Of a stretch of DNA of 64,000 bases, positions 9,724-19,792 are shown one piece after another (positions within the stretch are counted from its first letter, which is position 1; every line of letters begins with the position of its first letter). The stretch comes from Emticicia sp. (GTDB lineage: Bacteria; Bacteroidota; Bacteroidia; Cytophagales; Spirosomataceae). The stretch lies in assembly GCA_031378345.1 (NCBI GenBank), contig JANNDY010000034.1, positions 107,603 through 171,602 of the forward strand. Direction: 5' to 3'. A program made the position numbers and the translations under genes. The notes under the pieces are model-generated. The model was not told the DNA's origin. It did not search any database and saw nothing but the letters and a program-made list of their open reading frames with translations.

Positions 9724-10947
9724 TTACCTCTGAATTTGTTTCATCCAATTTCCCCAAGCAAGACCAATTCTTGATGAAATGACACTGAAAAGTAAAGCTA
9801 AACCAAGTCCTTTTGTCCAAGAAAGTATGCTAATATCATTACGAGAACTAAATTTATAACGATATTCCCAATCAGCATCATTTTGAAAAGACCAAGAATA
9901 ACTTCCCCAAAACCAGTTACGTGCCAAAGGAGATTCGTGAAGAAATGTTCCAAATGGATAATTAGTAATAAAAAAAATAGCCGTAAAAGTAAGCCCTAAA
10001 ATCAAAGCTAATAGCCAATCATTTTTTGCAGAAAACTTATCTCTTAACCAATCAATGGCAAAAGCAGGAATAAATAAAAGTAGCGGAAAACCCAATGTTT
10101 GATAAGTTGTAATTTTATTATGAATCGGTCCAAGCAAAGGCTCAGCAGGAAACAATCGAATAGTTGCATTGACTGCCCAATCAAAAATCAAAAAGGCAAT
10201 GCAGATATAGGTAATCCCCCATTTTTTTCCTGATGCTCGACCAGTTGCAAGTAAAATAAGAGGAAATGCAACACTTGCCACCTGATAAAACGACGGTCTG
10301 TGCATTGCCCAACGACCCAATTCTTCTGAAAGAAACGTAAAAATAGAAGTAACAAAAAAAGCCGCTGTCAGCATAAACATCCATTGAAGACGATTGGTGC
10401 GTTTGGCGTTTTCTTCGGTTGAAAGCGAAGCAATTTTATCATTTCTATTCAAAAATGCCAATGTGCCAACCATCGCACCCATCTGAACGCTTAGCAAACC
10501 CAAAAGCAAAATAGTGTGTGGCGGAGAAAGAATCTGCACATCAAGTCCATAAGTATTGTGCCACCAATCATCAAACGGTGCAGAAGTGAGCGAAGCAATG
10601 CCACCCCAAATACAGAAAAGTCCGCCCAAAGAACTATAAAAAATGCCCCAAAAATTGACCATTTTACCTTTTTCGAGCAACGTTCCCCAAAACGAAGTTT
10701 TTAAAACTTGATAACCTGAGAAAAATCCTGCGGCGGCAGCACCCACATAAGTAACCACGTGCGGAGCAGAAAAAAGTCCATCACGCCCGATGCTCATGTG
10801 CCAAGCGATGTCCCATAAAATACCCAAAATAACACACATCGAAGCAATGACACTTACATAGACATAGAGTGGAATATCCAGTAAGAATTTTGTTGAAGTA
10901 GAAAAATCTTTTTCTCTTGTAATTGGTTGATTAATAGTTGTTTGCAT
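9724..10947 (-). CDS. Integral membrane protein of unknown function (WDIAWH..GRD..SAPH motif)
   Basis: 407 aa, about 10 TM segments. Same strand and 64 bp upstream of the His-motif protein. Confidence 0.4.
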   Translation of the reverse strand: MQTTINQPITREKDFSTSTKFLLDIPLYVYVSVIASMCVILGILWDIAWHMSIGRDGLFSAPHVVTYVGAAAAGFFSGYQVLKTSFWGTLLEKGKMVNFWGIFYSSLGGLFCIWGGIASLTSAPFDDWWHNTYGLDVQILSPPHTILLLGLLSVQMGAMVGTLAFLNRNDKIASLSTEENAKRTNRLQWMFMLTAAFFVTSIFTFLSEELGRWAMHRPSFYQVASVAFPLILLATGRASGKKWGITYICIAFLIFDWAVNATIRLFPAEPLLGPIHNKITTYQTLGFPLLLFIPAFAIDWLRDKFSAKNDWLLALILGLTFTAIFFITNYPFGTFLHESPLARNWFWGSYSWSFQNDADWEYRYKFSSRNDISILSWTKGLGLALLFSVISSRIGLAWGNWMKQIQR

Positions 10948-11057
10948 AGAATATTGATGATTTTTTTTGCTTTGATAGATAGATGCTAATTTTATGTTTA
11001 AAGTTGCACAAAATATTTGATTTATTAAACTTTATTCCCCAAATGAGGGGCAGGGGG

Positions 11058-11561
11058 CTAAAATAACCCCAATTGACCTTGCCTTGGCAAGCCATCTTCA
11101 TGGCGAAGAAGCCATTCTTTTCGCCAAAGGTCGCCGCCGTAGCCAACCAAACTCCCGTCTGAGCCGATGACTCGGTGGCAAGGCAAAATAATTGTCAAAG
11201 GATTACAACCGTTAGCTGTTCCAACTGCCCGAATGGCTTTTTCATTGCCAATTCTTCGTGAGAATTCAAGATACGAAATCGTTTTTCCGTAAGGAATCGT
11301 TTTGAGATATTCCCACACATTTCGCTGAAAATCAGTACCTTGCGGAAGTAATGGCAAATCGAAATCTTTCAGTTTTCCTGCAAAATAAGCATCAAATTGT
11401 TCCGTACATTCTTCAATGATTGGCGAATTTTCGGACGTTTCGTCTAATTGTCGGCTTGGTTTTTTCTGAGCTTCTCGAAACAACACGTGCGTAAGATGCG
11501 TTTCGTTTGCCGATATTTCTAAAACTCCAATTGGTGAAGAATAATGTTTGGTATAAAGCAT
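11058..11561 (-). CDS. ogt: Methylated-DNA--protein-cysteine methyltransferase
   Basis: Active-site motif IILPCHRVIGSDGSLVGYGG. Confidence 0.85.
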   Translation of the reverse strand: MLYTKHYSSPIGVLEISANETHLTHVLFREAQKKPSRQLDETSENSPIIEECTEQFDAYFAGKLKDFDLPLLPQGTDFQRNVWEYLKTIPYGKTISYLEFSRRIGNEKAIRAVGTANGCNPLTIILPCHRVIGSDGSLVGYGGDLWRKEWLLRHEDGLPRQGQLGLF

Positions 11562-11654
11562 CTTTTTATAATATTTCCATTGATTTTCAAAGATACAGAA
11601 AACTACGCTTGAAAACTTTTCTGATAATCAATCAGTTATCAAATTGTAGTTTCG

Positions 11655-11662
11655 TAATTTTG
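11655..11662 (+). promoter_or_regulatory. Bacteroidota -7 promoter box (TAnnTTTG) upstream of ubiE
   Basis: taattttg, 68 nt upstream of the ATG at 11730. Confidence 0.3.
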
Positions 11663-11729
11663 CAAACTTATTTTTAAACTTATGAACGATTCTGGAGAGC
11701 AGAACGCTGCCCGATAGCTCAAAAAATAT

Positions 11730-12455
11730 ATGGTAGTACCTTACAAAGAAAAAGATAGCAGCAAACGTGAGCAAATTGCCGAAATGTTTGACAACGTTTC
11801 GCCCAAATACGATTTTTTGAATCACTTGCTCAGTGGTGGAATTGATTTTTGGTGGAGAAAAAAAGCGATTTCGATGCTCCGTGCCGAAAAACCACAATTG
11901 ATTTTGGACATTGCAACTGGCACAGGCGACTTGGCAGTGGAGGCTGTGAAGCAATTAAATCCAGAAAAAGTAATTGGCGTTGATATTTCGGAAGGGATGC
12001 TTTCGTTTGGTCGTGAGAAAATGAAAAAACTCGGTTTGGAGAAAAAAATTGAACTACAAATGGGCGATTCGGAGAAATTGTTGTTCGATAACAATACTTT
12101 CGATGCCGTTATCGTTTCTTTTGGAGTGCGTAACTTTGAAAATTTGGAAAAAGGACTGACCGATATGTGTCGAGTAACCAAATCAGGTGGTACTTGCATG
12201 GTCATGGAATTTTCAAAACCTAAAACGCCTATTATCAAGCAATTATATTGGTTTTATAATGCCACCATCGTTCCTTTGGTTGGTAAATTAGTTTCAAACG
12301 ATAGCTCGGCTTACAGTTATTTACCAGAGTCAGTAATGGCTTTTCCAGAAGGAAACGATTTCTTGGCAATCTTTGAAAAAGCTGGTTTTCGTCAAACAAA
12401 ATGTATTCCTTTAACTTTTGGCGTTTGTTCAATTTATATTGGCAAAAAACCATAA
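11730..12455 (+). CDS. ubiE: Demethylmenaquinone / ubiquinone C-methyltransferase
   Basis: MFDNVSPKYDFLNHLLSGGIDFWWRKKA plus the SAM motif ILDIATGTGDLA. Confidence 0.85.
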   Translation: MVVPYKEKDSSKREQIAEMFDNVSPKYDFLNHLLSGGIDFWWRKKAISMLRAEKPQLILDIATGTGDLAVEAVKQLNPEKVIGVDISEGMLSFGREKMKKLGLEKKIELQMGDSEKLLFDNNTFDAVIVSFGVRNFENLEKGLTDMCRVTKSGGTCMVMEFSKPKTPIIKQLYWFYNATIVPLVGKLVSNDSSAYSYLPESVMAFPEGNDFLAIFEKAGFRQTKCIPLTFGVCSIYIGKKP

Positions 12456-12458
12456 AGT

Positions 12459-12506
12459 GTCGCATCGGCGAACCGTCGCATCGGCGAACCGTCGCATCGG
12501 CAAACC
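12459..12506 (+). repeat. 16-bp tandem repeat x3 (gtcgcatcggcgaacc)
   Basis: Copies at 12459-12474, 12475-12490 and 12491-12506 (last copy has caaacc). Starts right after the ubiE stop. Confidence 0.8.
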
Positions 12507-12532
12507 GTTGATTATCAGTTATTTATGTATCT

Positions 12533-13267
12533 ATGAAAAACGTCCCCTTTGTTAATGTTTGCTTCAAAACATTTATTCTTTTGATGCTTACCCAAAGTGT
12601 TTTTGCTCAAAATACTCGTCGGCATTTTCAAGCTGATTATGATGCCAAAGCCATGAGGTTTGGTTATTTTTTGGGTCTTACAAACACGTATTTCAACGCA
12701 AAATTCAATAATTATTTTGTTAATAAAGATAATTATTACGCCATTACTTCTCCGCCAACCTATGGCTTGAAAATGGGTGGTTTAGTCAATTTTCGTTTGA
12801 ATGATTATTTCGATTTTCGGGTTTTGCCAACAGTCGCTATTTATGGGCGAAAATTAGAATATCGTTATATCAATACAGAGCTTCCAGCTGACGACAAAAA
12901 CAAGTTTGGACAAAAAGAAGAATTGCGAGAAACAGCATGGTTTGAAGTTCCTGTCATGTTTAAATATAAATCTGAACGACGTGGAAATGTACGAATGTAT
13001 ATTTTTGGGGGAATGAGATATGGCATAGAAACGAATGCAGTAAATAGAAAGAAAAAACAACAATTTGCAACCAAATCCAGCGATTTTAGTATCGAATATG
13101 GCACAGGAATTGAGGTTTTTAGAGAATATTTTAAATTTGCCCCTGAGTTGCATTTTTCTCATGGAATCAAAAACTTAGTTGACCCTGTTAATTCTCGTGG
13201 CACAGCCATTCAAGGTATTGATAGATTGACTACCCATACTGTTACGCTATTTTTATTGTTTGAATAA
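12533..13267 (+). CDS. Outer-membrane beta-barrel protein, PorT-like
   Basis: Signal peptide ending FAQ, alternating beta-strand pattern, aromatic C-terminus (LLFE). Sits directly after ubiE, as I recall for porT in other Bacteroidota (from memory). Confidence 0.5.
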   Translation: MKNVPFVNVCFKTFILLMLTQSVFAQNTRRHFQADYDAKAMRFGYFLGLTNTYFNAKFNNYFVNKDNYYAITSPPTYGLKMGGLVNFRLNDYFDFRVLPTVAIYGRKLEYRYINTELPADDKNKFGQKEELRETAWFEVPVMFKYKSERRGNVRMYIFGGMRYGIETNAVNRKKKQQFATKSSDFSIEYGTGIEVFREYFKFAPELHFSHGIKNLVDPVNSRGTAIQGIDRLTTHTVTLFLLFE

Positions 13268-13397
13268 ATTGGATTTGAGAAGTAAGATACTGGATACGAG
13301 ACGTGAGATACGAGATTTTTTTTATAAATCTCACTTGTCGTATCTCAAATCCTATTTCTCATATCTCAATCTTGTCTCTCAAATCTCGCTTCTCAAA

Positions 13398-13610
13398 ATG
13401 AAATACATCGCTATTTTTCTCATTCGATTGTACCAAGCTGGTATTTCGCCTTGGTTTCCTCCTTCGTGTCGTTATACGCCTACTTGTTCACAATATTCGG
13501 TTGAGGCTTTTCAGAAATATGGTTTTTTTAAAGGTTTTTGGCTAACAGCCAAACGCATTTCTCGTTGCCATCCTTGGAGTCATACACATGGCTACGACCC
13601 TGTGCCTTGA
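13398..13610 (+). CDS. yidD: Membrane protein insertion efficiency factor YidD
   Basis: Internal ATG of track ORF 13260-13610. [43 protein letters not shown] is the YidD signature. Confidence 0.85.
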   Translation: MKYIAIFLIRLYQAGISPWFPPSCRYTPTCSQYSVEAFQKYGFFKGFWLTAKRISRCHPWSHTHGYDPVP

Positions 13611-13930
13611 ATTACCTTTAGCTATAAGAATCTTTGGTTTTTATAGCTCATTATTAGTTCTTCATACTCATCATACCAACTCCTTTTTCTCGGCGATATT
13701 GTTTTTTTCTGCAATTTTTATGTTTCCAAATAACATTTGTAGCTATTTACGAAATCAGATTTTACTTGATGAATTTGCCCTAATCTAAATAAAAGCATAA
13801 AAGTCCCAGAGAAGGGCGTTCATGGTATCCCCAAATATATTAATTCCGGAGGAAAGGCACAAATAAATGCACTATTCCTATGGAATTTCATTTGACAACA
13901 AGATAAATTTCAAATATTTCAAACAAATTC

Positions 13931-15361
13931 TTACTTCAAAAAATCACTAACAGCTTTGTTCCTTGCTACAACATGGGCTTTTAGCTGTGCTAAAGAAGAA
14001 GTAAAACTACCAACATTTGTTAGATTTGAATAAGGAGCAAGTTCTTTTTCAGTTCCATTCACAAAAGGCGTGATTAGGCTGGTTGCTTTCTCAAAAATCT
14101 CGTTCATTTTTGTTGTCGTAAACACATTATCATTAAAATCCTTTACATACGCCTTGTATTTGGCATAATAAATAGGGTCTTCGGCAACAAATTTTATGAG
14201 AGGCCAATTATTTGCCACACCCAATAAATTAAGATTCACCCTCGCATTATTATTCAGTGCTTCGTTATTATCCCACGGAATCCAAAGCATTTTTTTGGTT
14301 GAATGATTGTAGAGATAATGATTGTGAGCGATTCCTCCATAAGTGTCCCAATTAACAAGCGTAGAATTTACAGCAAGCCATTTGATAAAATGCTCCATGT
14401 TCATCGTTTTTTCGAGATTTGTTCGCCAAGTAGCGGCATCAGTAGTACGATTTGGGGCATTTAGCGAAGTAATAGTTGTCTGTACGTCGCTCCAATCGGG
14501 CGTAGTTTCATTGTTTTTCTTCTCAAAATTTGCTTGATTGAAAGTCGTAAAATTAGATTCTGGTTTGTAGGCATTGCCCTTATTTTCGCCAAATTGGTCT
14601 TTTAGCATTGTGTCGTCCACCACTTCGAGCATCGTATAAACGCCGCAATATTTCAAGCCTTCGCCAAAATCAATATAAACTTTCGTAAAAGTTGTGCGTG
14701 CTGCAGGAATTCCCGCCATTCGGAAAATATCGGCTGTTACTTTTTCACGAATCAATGAATTATCATTCACACCTGGAGAAAAAGAAAGCTCTTTGAAACC
14801 ATAAAAACGTTGGTCATTTATTTCGGGATATTTGTCTTCAAATTCGTCCATTTTCAAGCGAATCGGCAGTTTAAAAATCCCTGCTTTCCAAGTTCTGTTC
14901 AAAGTTGAGTTTCCTTTCAAACGAAAACCAATGTTTTTCCAAGTCTTATTATTAAACTTCAAAGTAGCTTCAACGTAGGCTGGTTCTGGACCAAAGTTTG
15001 GCACAACACCTCCAACAGCACCACCGCCTCCCACAGGGGGATTTACAACAACTCCACCACCAGCATTTCCACCACCTGCTTGTGTAGGAGTGCTTCCAAA
15101 AACGCCTTTATTTTTGGCAACCATGTCGGCTTTGACACTTTCCCAAGTTGTTTTTCCGAGTGTTATTTCAAGCGAATTGACATTTTCTTGTTGAAATGCA
15201 ATGGCATAATCTGGTTTTCCATCTTTGCTATGAGATTCCGTTGTCCAGTCAGGATTTGCTTTTAAAACTAAAGGGTCAATGGTTTCTTCCCCTAATTTTT
15301 TACAAGAAATAATTATAGAAACCAACGAAATGGCTGTTAGTAGAAAAATTCTTGATTTCAT
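13931..15361 (-). CDS. CotH kinase-family lipoprotein
   Basis: Lipobox (IISC), Gly-rich linker, and CotH core FYGFKELSFSPGVNDNSLIREKV..FRMAGIPAAR. Confidence 0.7.
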   Translation of the reverse strand: MKSRIFLLTAISLVSIIISCKKLGEETIDPLVLKANPDWTTESHSKDGKPDYAIAFQQENVNSLEITLGKTTWESVKADMVAKNKGVFGSTPTQAGGGNAGGGVVVNPPVGGGGAVGGVVPNFGPEPAYVEATLKFNNKTWKNIGFRLKGNSTLNRTWKAGIFKLPIRLKMDEFEDKYPEINDQRFYGFKELSFSPGVNDNSLIREKVTADIFRMAGIPAARTTFTKVYIDFGEGLKYCGVYTMLEVVDDTMLKDQFGENKGNAYKPESNFTTFNQANFEKKNNETTPDWSDVQTTITSLNAPNRTTDAATWRTNLEKTMNMEHFIKWLAVNSTLVNWDTYGGIAHNHYLYNHSTKKMLWIPWDNNEALNNNARVNLNLLGVANNWPLIKFVAEDPIYYAKYKAYVKDFNDNVFTTTKMNEIFEKATSLITPFVNGTEKELAPYSNLTNVGSFTSSLAQLKAHVVARNKAVSDFLK

Positions 15362-15481
15362 ATTGGTGTTTTTTTAAGAACATAAAGACTGATTTGATAG
15401 ACGAAACATTAAGCCTAATAGTTGTCTTTGATGCTTTTTTTTAGTGAAACTTGCGTAAACACTTTTATTATTTTAAGAAAA

Positions 15482-15524
15482 TAAAAAAAAAGCCCCATCT
15501 AAAAATATCAAATGGAGCTTTTTT
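15482..15524 (-). terminator. Rho-independent terminator of the S41 protease gene
   Basis: aagccccat / atggagctt stem with one mismatch. On the minus strand it is followed by a 9-nt T-run. Confidence 0.5.
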
Positions 15525-15547
15525 GCAAAAAAGGTTATATTGGCACT

Positions 15548-17620
15548 TTACTTATCAGCTATCAAATCGCACAAAATTCGCTCAGATTCGGTCAATATGA
15601 TGTCTTTTTCTTTGGCATCTTTCTCACCCGTACTTAACTTATTGACGGCTTTTCTGCGTTTTTCATTTTCATCACGCTCTTTTTTGCGTTTGGCTTCATT
15701 GAGCGAAATAATGGTAACATCTTTGGTTTTTCTATATTCCGTCAAATCTTCTGTCAATTGCTTCATTTCGGGGTCTGACTTTAAGCGTGCTTGGTATTTT
15801 TCTTGAATTTTGCTTAAAATTTTGTCCGAAATTGCCGTTGTTTTTTCGTAATCCGATGTTTTTATTTGGTCATAAGGCAAAGCTGTTGGCTGCGAACTTT
15901 CGCCCATTTCGTCAGCATCAAATGGCGTTGGTAAATTAATATCTGCCAAAACCCCCTTGCGTTGCGTGCTATTTCCTGTAATTCGATAAAACTTTTCGGT
16001 AGTTAGTTTTAGCTGTCCATATTTTTCTTTTTGGTCGAAACCTACTGCTGCCGATGCTTTTTTATCGTTGGAAGCTGTGCGTGGCGAAAGCAAAAACTGG
16101 TCTAAATCAACCAATTGCTGCACTGTTCCTTTGCCAAAAGATTGCTCGCCAACAATTACACCACGCTTATAATCTTGAATTGCTCCTGCAAAAATCTCAG
16201 ATGCCGACGCACTAAAACGGTTTTGTAAAATAACCAAAGCTCCATTATAAACCAACTCAGCATCGGTGTCGCTTTCTACATCAACGCTTCCATTATTATC
16301 TCGGCGTTGCACTACTGGCCCTTTTGTAATGAACAAACCTGTCAAATTGATAGCTTCGGTTAGTGAGCCTCCGCCATTATTTCTGAGGTCAATTACTACG
16401 CCATCAACACCTTTTGCTTTAAATTCAGTCAAAAAACGTTTCACGTCTTTGGTTGTACTCTGAAAATCTCCGCCTTTGCGAGCATCTTCAAAATCTCGGT
16501 AAAACATCGGAATATCAATTACACCTAATTTATACTCTTTTCCATCTTTTTTCATTGGCACTACCTCACCTTTGGCAACTGCTTCTTCGAGTTTTACTTT
16601 TTCACGAACCAAGCGTATTTCTTTGGTGGGCGAACCTGCAGGTGCATCCCCTGGAAGTAAGCGAATACGCACCACAGTGCCTTTTGTGCCTCTTATCAAC
16701 TTTACAGCATCGTCAGTTAGCCAACCAACAATGTCTTGCCAAGCACCGTTTTCGCCTTGTGCAACAGCTACAATTCTATCATTTTTGGTTGTTTTACCAT
16801 CTTTAAATAAAGGTCCTCCCGGAATAATTTCGGCAATCATTACATAATCACCTTCGTTTCTCAAAGAAGCACCAATTCCTTCAACCGATTGACTCATTTC
16901 GATATTAAATTGAGCCGCCGTACTCGGAATCATGTAGCTTGTGTGCGGGTCAATTGTTTCTGAAAATGAATTCATAAATGACTGAAACACATCATCTGCT
17001 CGCCATTTTGAAATTCTGCCTTCCCAACGTTTGTAGCGGTCTTTCAAAGTTGCTACAATGGCACTATCTTTACTTCCACTCAATTTGAGGTCAAGCACTT
17101 GACTTTTTACAATTTTACGCCAAACGTCGTCTAATTCTTCATTGGTTTTTGCCCAAGGAGCTTTCTCACGGTCGGTTTCGTAATTTTCATCAGTCGAAAA
17201 ATCAAAAGGTTTGTCGAGCAATGTCATGATAAACTCATGGCGGTCTTTATAACGCTTGCGATAAAGGTTGAAAACCTCGAAAGGTGCTGTCAAATCCCCT
17301 TCCAGAAGGTCTTCATCTATGCCATCACGGTATTTTTCAAAGGTATTTACATCAGATTCTGTAAAATAAGCATGGCTGCCATCAACATCTTTCATGAAGG
17401 TATCCCAAACTTTTGAAGAAAAATCATCGTCTAATTTGAATTTTTGGTAGTGATGATAACTCAAAAACTGCGTAGCAAATTGCTCCACTTGCTCTTGCGT
17501 GCGAGTTGGTTTTAGGTCGCTATAACCATACGATGGCGATGGCGAACTTTGATTTTGAGCTTTGTTTTCAAAGCAACCAAAAAGCCCAGTTAAGGTAAAT
17601 ATAACGATGATTCTTTTCAT
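15548..17620 (-). CDS. Carboxy-terminal processing (tail-specific) protease, S41 family
   Basis: PDZ plus S41 core (DLRNNGGGSL, SASASEIFAGAIQD). Start moved to MKRIIVIF (signal peptide) at 17620. Confidence 0.85.
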   Translation of the reverse strand: MKRIIVIFTLTGLFGCFENKAQNQSSPSPSYGYSDLKPTRTQEQVEQFATQFLSYHHYQKFKLDDDFSSKVWDTFMKDVDGSHAYFTESDVNTFEKYRDGIDEDLLEGDLTAPFEVFNLYRKRYKDRHEFIMTLLDKPFDFSTDENYETDREKAPWAKTNEELDDVWRKIVKSQVLDLKLSGSKDSAIVATLKDRYKRWEGRISKWRADDVFQSFMNSFSETIDPHTSYMIPSTAAQFNIEMSQSVEGIGASLRNEGDYVMIAEIIPGGPLFKDGKTTKNDRIVAVAQGENGAWQDIVGWLTDDAVKLIRGTKGTVVRIRLLPGDAPAGSPTKEIRLVREKVKLEEAVAKGEVVPMKKDGKEYKLGVIDIPMFYRDFEDARKGGDFQSTTKDVKRFLTEFKAKGVDGVVIDLRNNGGGSLTEAINLTGLFITKGPVVQRRDNNGSVDVESDTDAELVYNGALVILQNRFSASASEIFAGAIQDYKRGVIVGEQSFGKGTVQQLVDLDQFLLSPRTASNDKKASAAVGFDQKEKYGQLKLTTEKFYRITGNSTQRKGVLADINLPTPFDADEMGESSQPTALPYDQIKTSDYEKTTAISDKILSKIQEKYQARLKSDPEMKQLTEDLTEYRKTKDVTIISLNEAKRKKERDENEKRRKAVNKLSTGEKDAKEKDIILTESERILCDLIADK

Positions 17621-17736
17621 AATTTGTATCATATACAATGAGTGAATGAGTGCCGCAATGGATATTGAATGAATGAATGAGCGAATGATGCAAATTATCA
17701 AACATTATTTTTTGTATATCAATTCAAGTAGCTTGT

Positions 17737-18495
17737 TTATTTAACAATATCCAACAATTCTACTTCAAAAATCAATACTTGGTTTGGACCAATGCTTGGC
17801 GGACCTTGTGGACCATAAGCAAGATTTGCAGGAATAAACAATTTCCATTTTGAACCAACTGGCATTAATTGAAGTGCTTCAATCCAACCTGGAATTACTT
17901 GCGTTACACCAAATTCAGCAGGTTGTCCTCTATCAACCGAGCTATCAAAAATAGTTCCGTCTATCAACGTACCGTGATAATGTACTTTTACTTTGTCGGT
18001 CGAAACTGCCTTTGCACCTGCCGCTTCTTTCATTATTTGATATTGCAAGCCACTTGGTAATGTAACAACACCCGCTTTTGTTTTGTTTTCAGCCAAAAAC
18101 TTTTCGCCGACCTTTTGGTTTGCCGCACCTTTTTTCATTGATTCATTCTGAAAATAACCTTGAATATAAGCATTGGCAGCATTGGCTTCCATCCATGTTG
18201 GTTGTGCATTCAATATTTGGTCAATGGCTTTTGCCATCATTTCAGAGTTTACTTTTAGATTTTGTTGTTTCAAATTTCCCGCAATATTCATACCGATTGC
18301 ATAGCTAATCGAATCAATGCCATTTTTCATGCCACTATTGCTTGTCCCAGTCGGAGAAACAACAACAGTTTTGGTTGTTACAACAGGTTTTGTGGTTGCA
18401 GGAACTTTTGGTTTTGCTGAGGTTTTGGATACTTGTGCATAAGAAAATTGCACAAAAAGAAGGCTTGTAGCGAAAGCAATAATTGATTTTTTCAT
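17737..18495 (-). CDS. FKBP-type peptidyl-prolyl cis-trans isomerase (FkpA/Mip-like)
   Basis: [38 protein letters not shown]. Confidence 0.85.
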   Translation of the reverse strand: MKKSIIAFATSLLFVQFSYAQVSKTSAKPKVPATTKPVVTTKTVVVSPTGTSNSGMKNGIDSISYAIGMNIAGNLKQQNLKVNSEMMAKAIDQILNAQPTWMEANAANAYIQGYFQNESMKKGAANQKVGEKFLAENKTKAGVVTLPSGLQYQIMKEAAGAKAVSTDKVKVHYHGTLIDGTIFDSSVDRGQPAEFGVTQVIPGWIEALQLMPVGSKWKLFIPANLAYGPQGPPSIGPNQVLIFEVELLDIVK

Positions 18496-18673
18496 TTTCT
18501 GAGAAATACTTATTTTTTATTAATGTTTTTTATGAATAACAAATAAACGTACTTTTAGCCTAAAAATTAGTGTTTCTATAAAAAAACTATGTAAAATTTG
18601 CATTTTTGGTGAAATTTAGTTGTTTTGTTTACTGTACGACAGATTTTCCAATCCATTAAATAAGATTTTAAAA

Positions 18674-19792
18674 ATGCTCACCACCGAAGAATTCCAAAGA
18701 TATAACCGCCAAATGCTCATGCCAGAATTTGGCTTGGCAGGACAAGAAAAACTCAAATCCTCAAAGGTTTTGGTTATTGGTTGCGGTGGTCTTGGAAGTC
18801 CGATTTTGTTATATTTAACTGCCGCAGGAATTGGCACTTTGGGCATTGTCGAAAATGATATAGTTGATATCAGTAATTTGCAAAGACAAGTACTATATAG
18901 TTCATTATCAGTGAGTTATGCTAAAATTAATGAAACAGAAAAGCGTTTAAAAGAACTAAATCCTTTCGTAAAAATCAACAAATATGCTACAAGATTAAAC
19001 TCTGAAAATGCCTTAGAAATCATCAAGGATTATGACATTGTGATTGACGGAACGGATAATTTCCCAACCAGATATTTGGTCAATGATGCCTGCGTGATGC
19101 TCAATAAGCCTTTTGTTTATGGAGCGATTTATAGGTTTGAAGGGCAAGTGGCAGTTTTTAATTATAAAAATTCATCAACTTACAGAGATTTATTTCCCAC
19201 TCCTCCCCCACCCGAACAAGCCCCAAATTGTGCCGAAGCAGGAGTTTTGGGCGTGCTTCCTGGCATTATTGGCTCGATGCAAGCACTCGAAGCAATAAAA
19301 GTAATAACAGAAATCGGCGAACCTTTGGCAGGAAAACTCTTGGTTTTGGATACACTTTCGATGCAAAGTCGCATCATCAAAATTCCGAAAATGCCAGATA
19401 CGCCGAAGATTACTGAGTTGATAGATTATGAGGAGTTTTGTGGGAATTACGAGTTACGAACGGGCGGCGTTCCGCTGACGAATGACGAATCTATTAAAGG
19501 TAGCGAAGTAACTTATCGACAACTAAAGCTGATGACTGATTATCAATTAATTGATGTACGAGAGCCTCTTGAATATGCCATGAAAAATATTGGTGGAGAA
19601 TTAATGCCGCTTTCAGAATTGGAGAAACATTTACCAAAAATAAAAAGAGATAAAATGGTTATAGTTCATTGTCAAAGTGGTGTTCGGAGCATGAAAGCAA
19701 TTAAAATTTTACAAGAAAAGCATGGTTTCGATAATTTATTAAACTTAAAAGGTGGAGTGAATTCAATTTTGAATGATACAATGATAGAATGA
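18674..19792 (+). CDS. moeB: Molybdopterin-synthase adenylyltransferase (ThiF/MoeB) fused to a rhodanese domain
   Basis: RYNRQ, VIGCGGLGSP, and a C-terminal rhodanese (VHCQSGVRS). Start at the internal ATG MLTTEEF. Confidence 0.8.
   Translation: MLTTEEFQRYNRQMLMPEFGLAGQEKLKSSKVLVIGCGGLGSPILLYLTAAGIGTLGIVENDIVDISNLQRQVLYSSLSVSYAKINETEKRLKELNPFVKINKYATRLNSENALEIIKDYDIVIDGTDNFPTRYLVNDACVMLNKPFVYGAIYRFEGQVAVFNYKNSSTYRDLFPTPPPPEQAPNCAEAGVLGVLPGIIGSMQALEAIKVITEIGEPLAGKLLVLDTLSMQSRIIKIPKMPDTPKITELIDYEEFCGNYELRTGGVPLTNDESIKGSEVTYRQLKLMTDYQLIDVREPLEYAMKNIGGELMPLSELEKHLPKIKRDKMVIVHCQSGVRSMKAIKILQEKHGFDNLLNLKGGVNSILNDTMIE
19457..19476 (+). repeat. GC-rich 20-mer cgaacgggcggcgttccgct, copy 1 (inside moeB)
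   Basis: Identical to 19868-19887. Encodes ..RTGGVPL.. in the ThiF-rhodanese linker. Confidence 0.8.

Noticed and set aside
11058-11561. Two MGMT-type genes in one window (ogt, and the AraC-MGMT fusion at 60362-61210) as something unusual
   Set aside because: Paralogous Ogt and Ada-like alkyltransferases commonly coexist in bacterial genomes. Nothing in the sequence suggests a special relationship.
11628-11954. 108-aa minus-strand ORF
   Set aside because: It is antisense to the well-supported ubiE 5' end and spans the promoter region, with no motif support. The same reasoning applies to 11822-12238 and 12235-12465.
12459-12506. Possible CRISPR array (also considered for 19783-19830 and 27457-27598)
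   Set aside because: The units are 8-21 nt and are directly adjacent or separated by non-unique duplicated spacers. There is no 25-40-nt repeat/spacer periodicity and no cas genes in the window.
13260-13397. N-terminal 46-codon extension of yidD in the ORF track
   Set aside because: The extension is composed of low-complexity intergenic repeat/hairpin sequence. The YidD family signature starts at the internal ATG at 13398.
13588-13930. 66-aa ORF and a GC-richer patch (cccagagaagggcgttcatggtatcccc) as a possible small gene or ncRNA
   Set aside because: The ORF overlaps the yidD stop and is hydrophobic low-complexity. I could not fold the patch into a tRNA, SRP, 6S or riboswitch-like structure by eye. 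It remains unassigned intergenic DNA.
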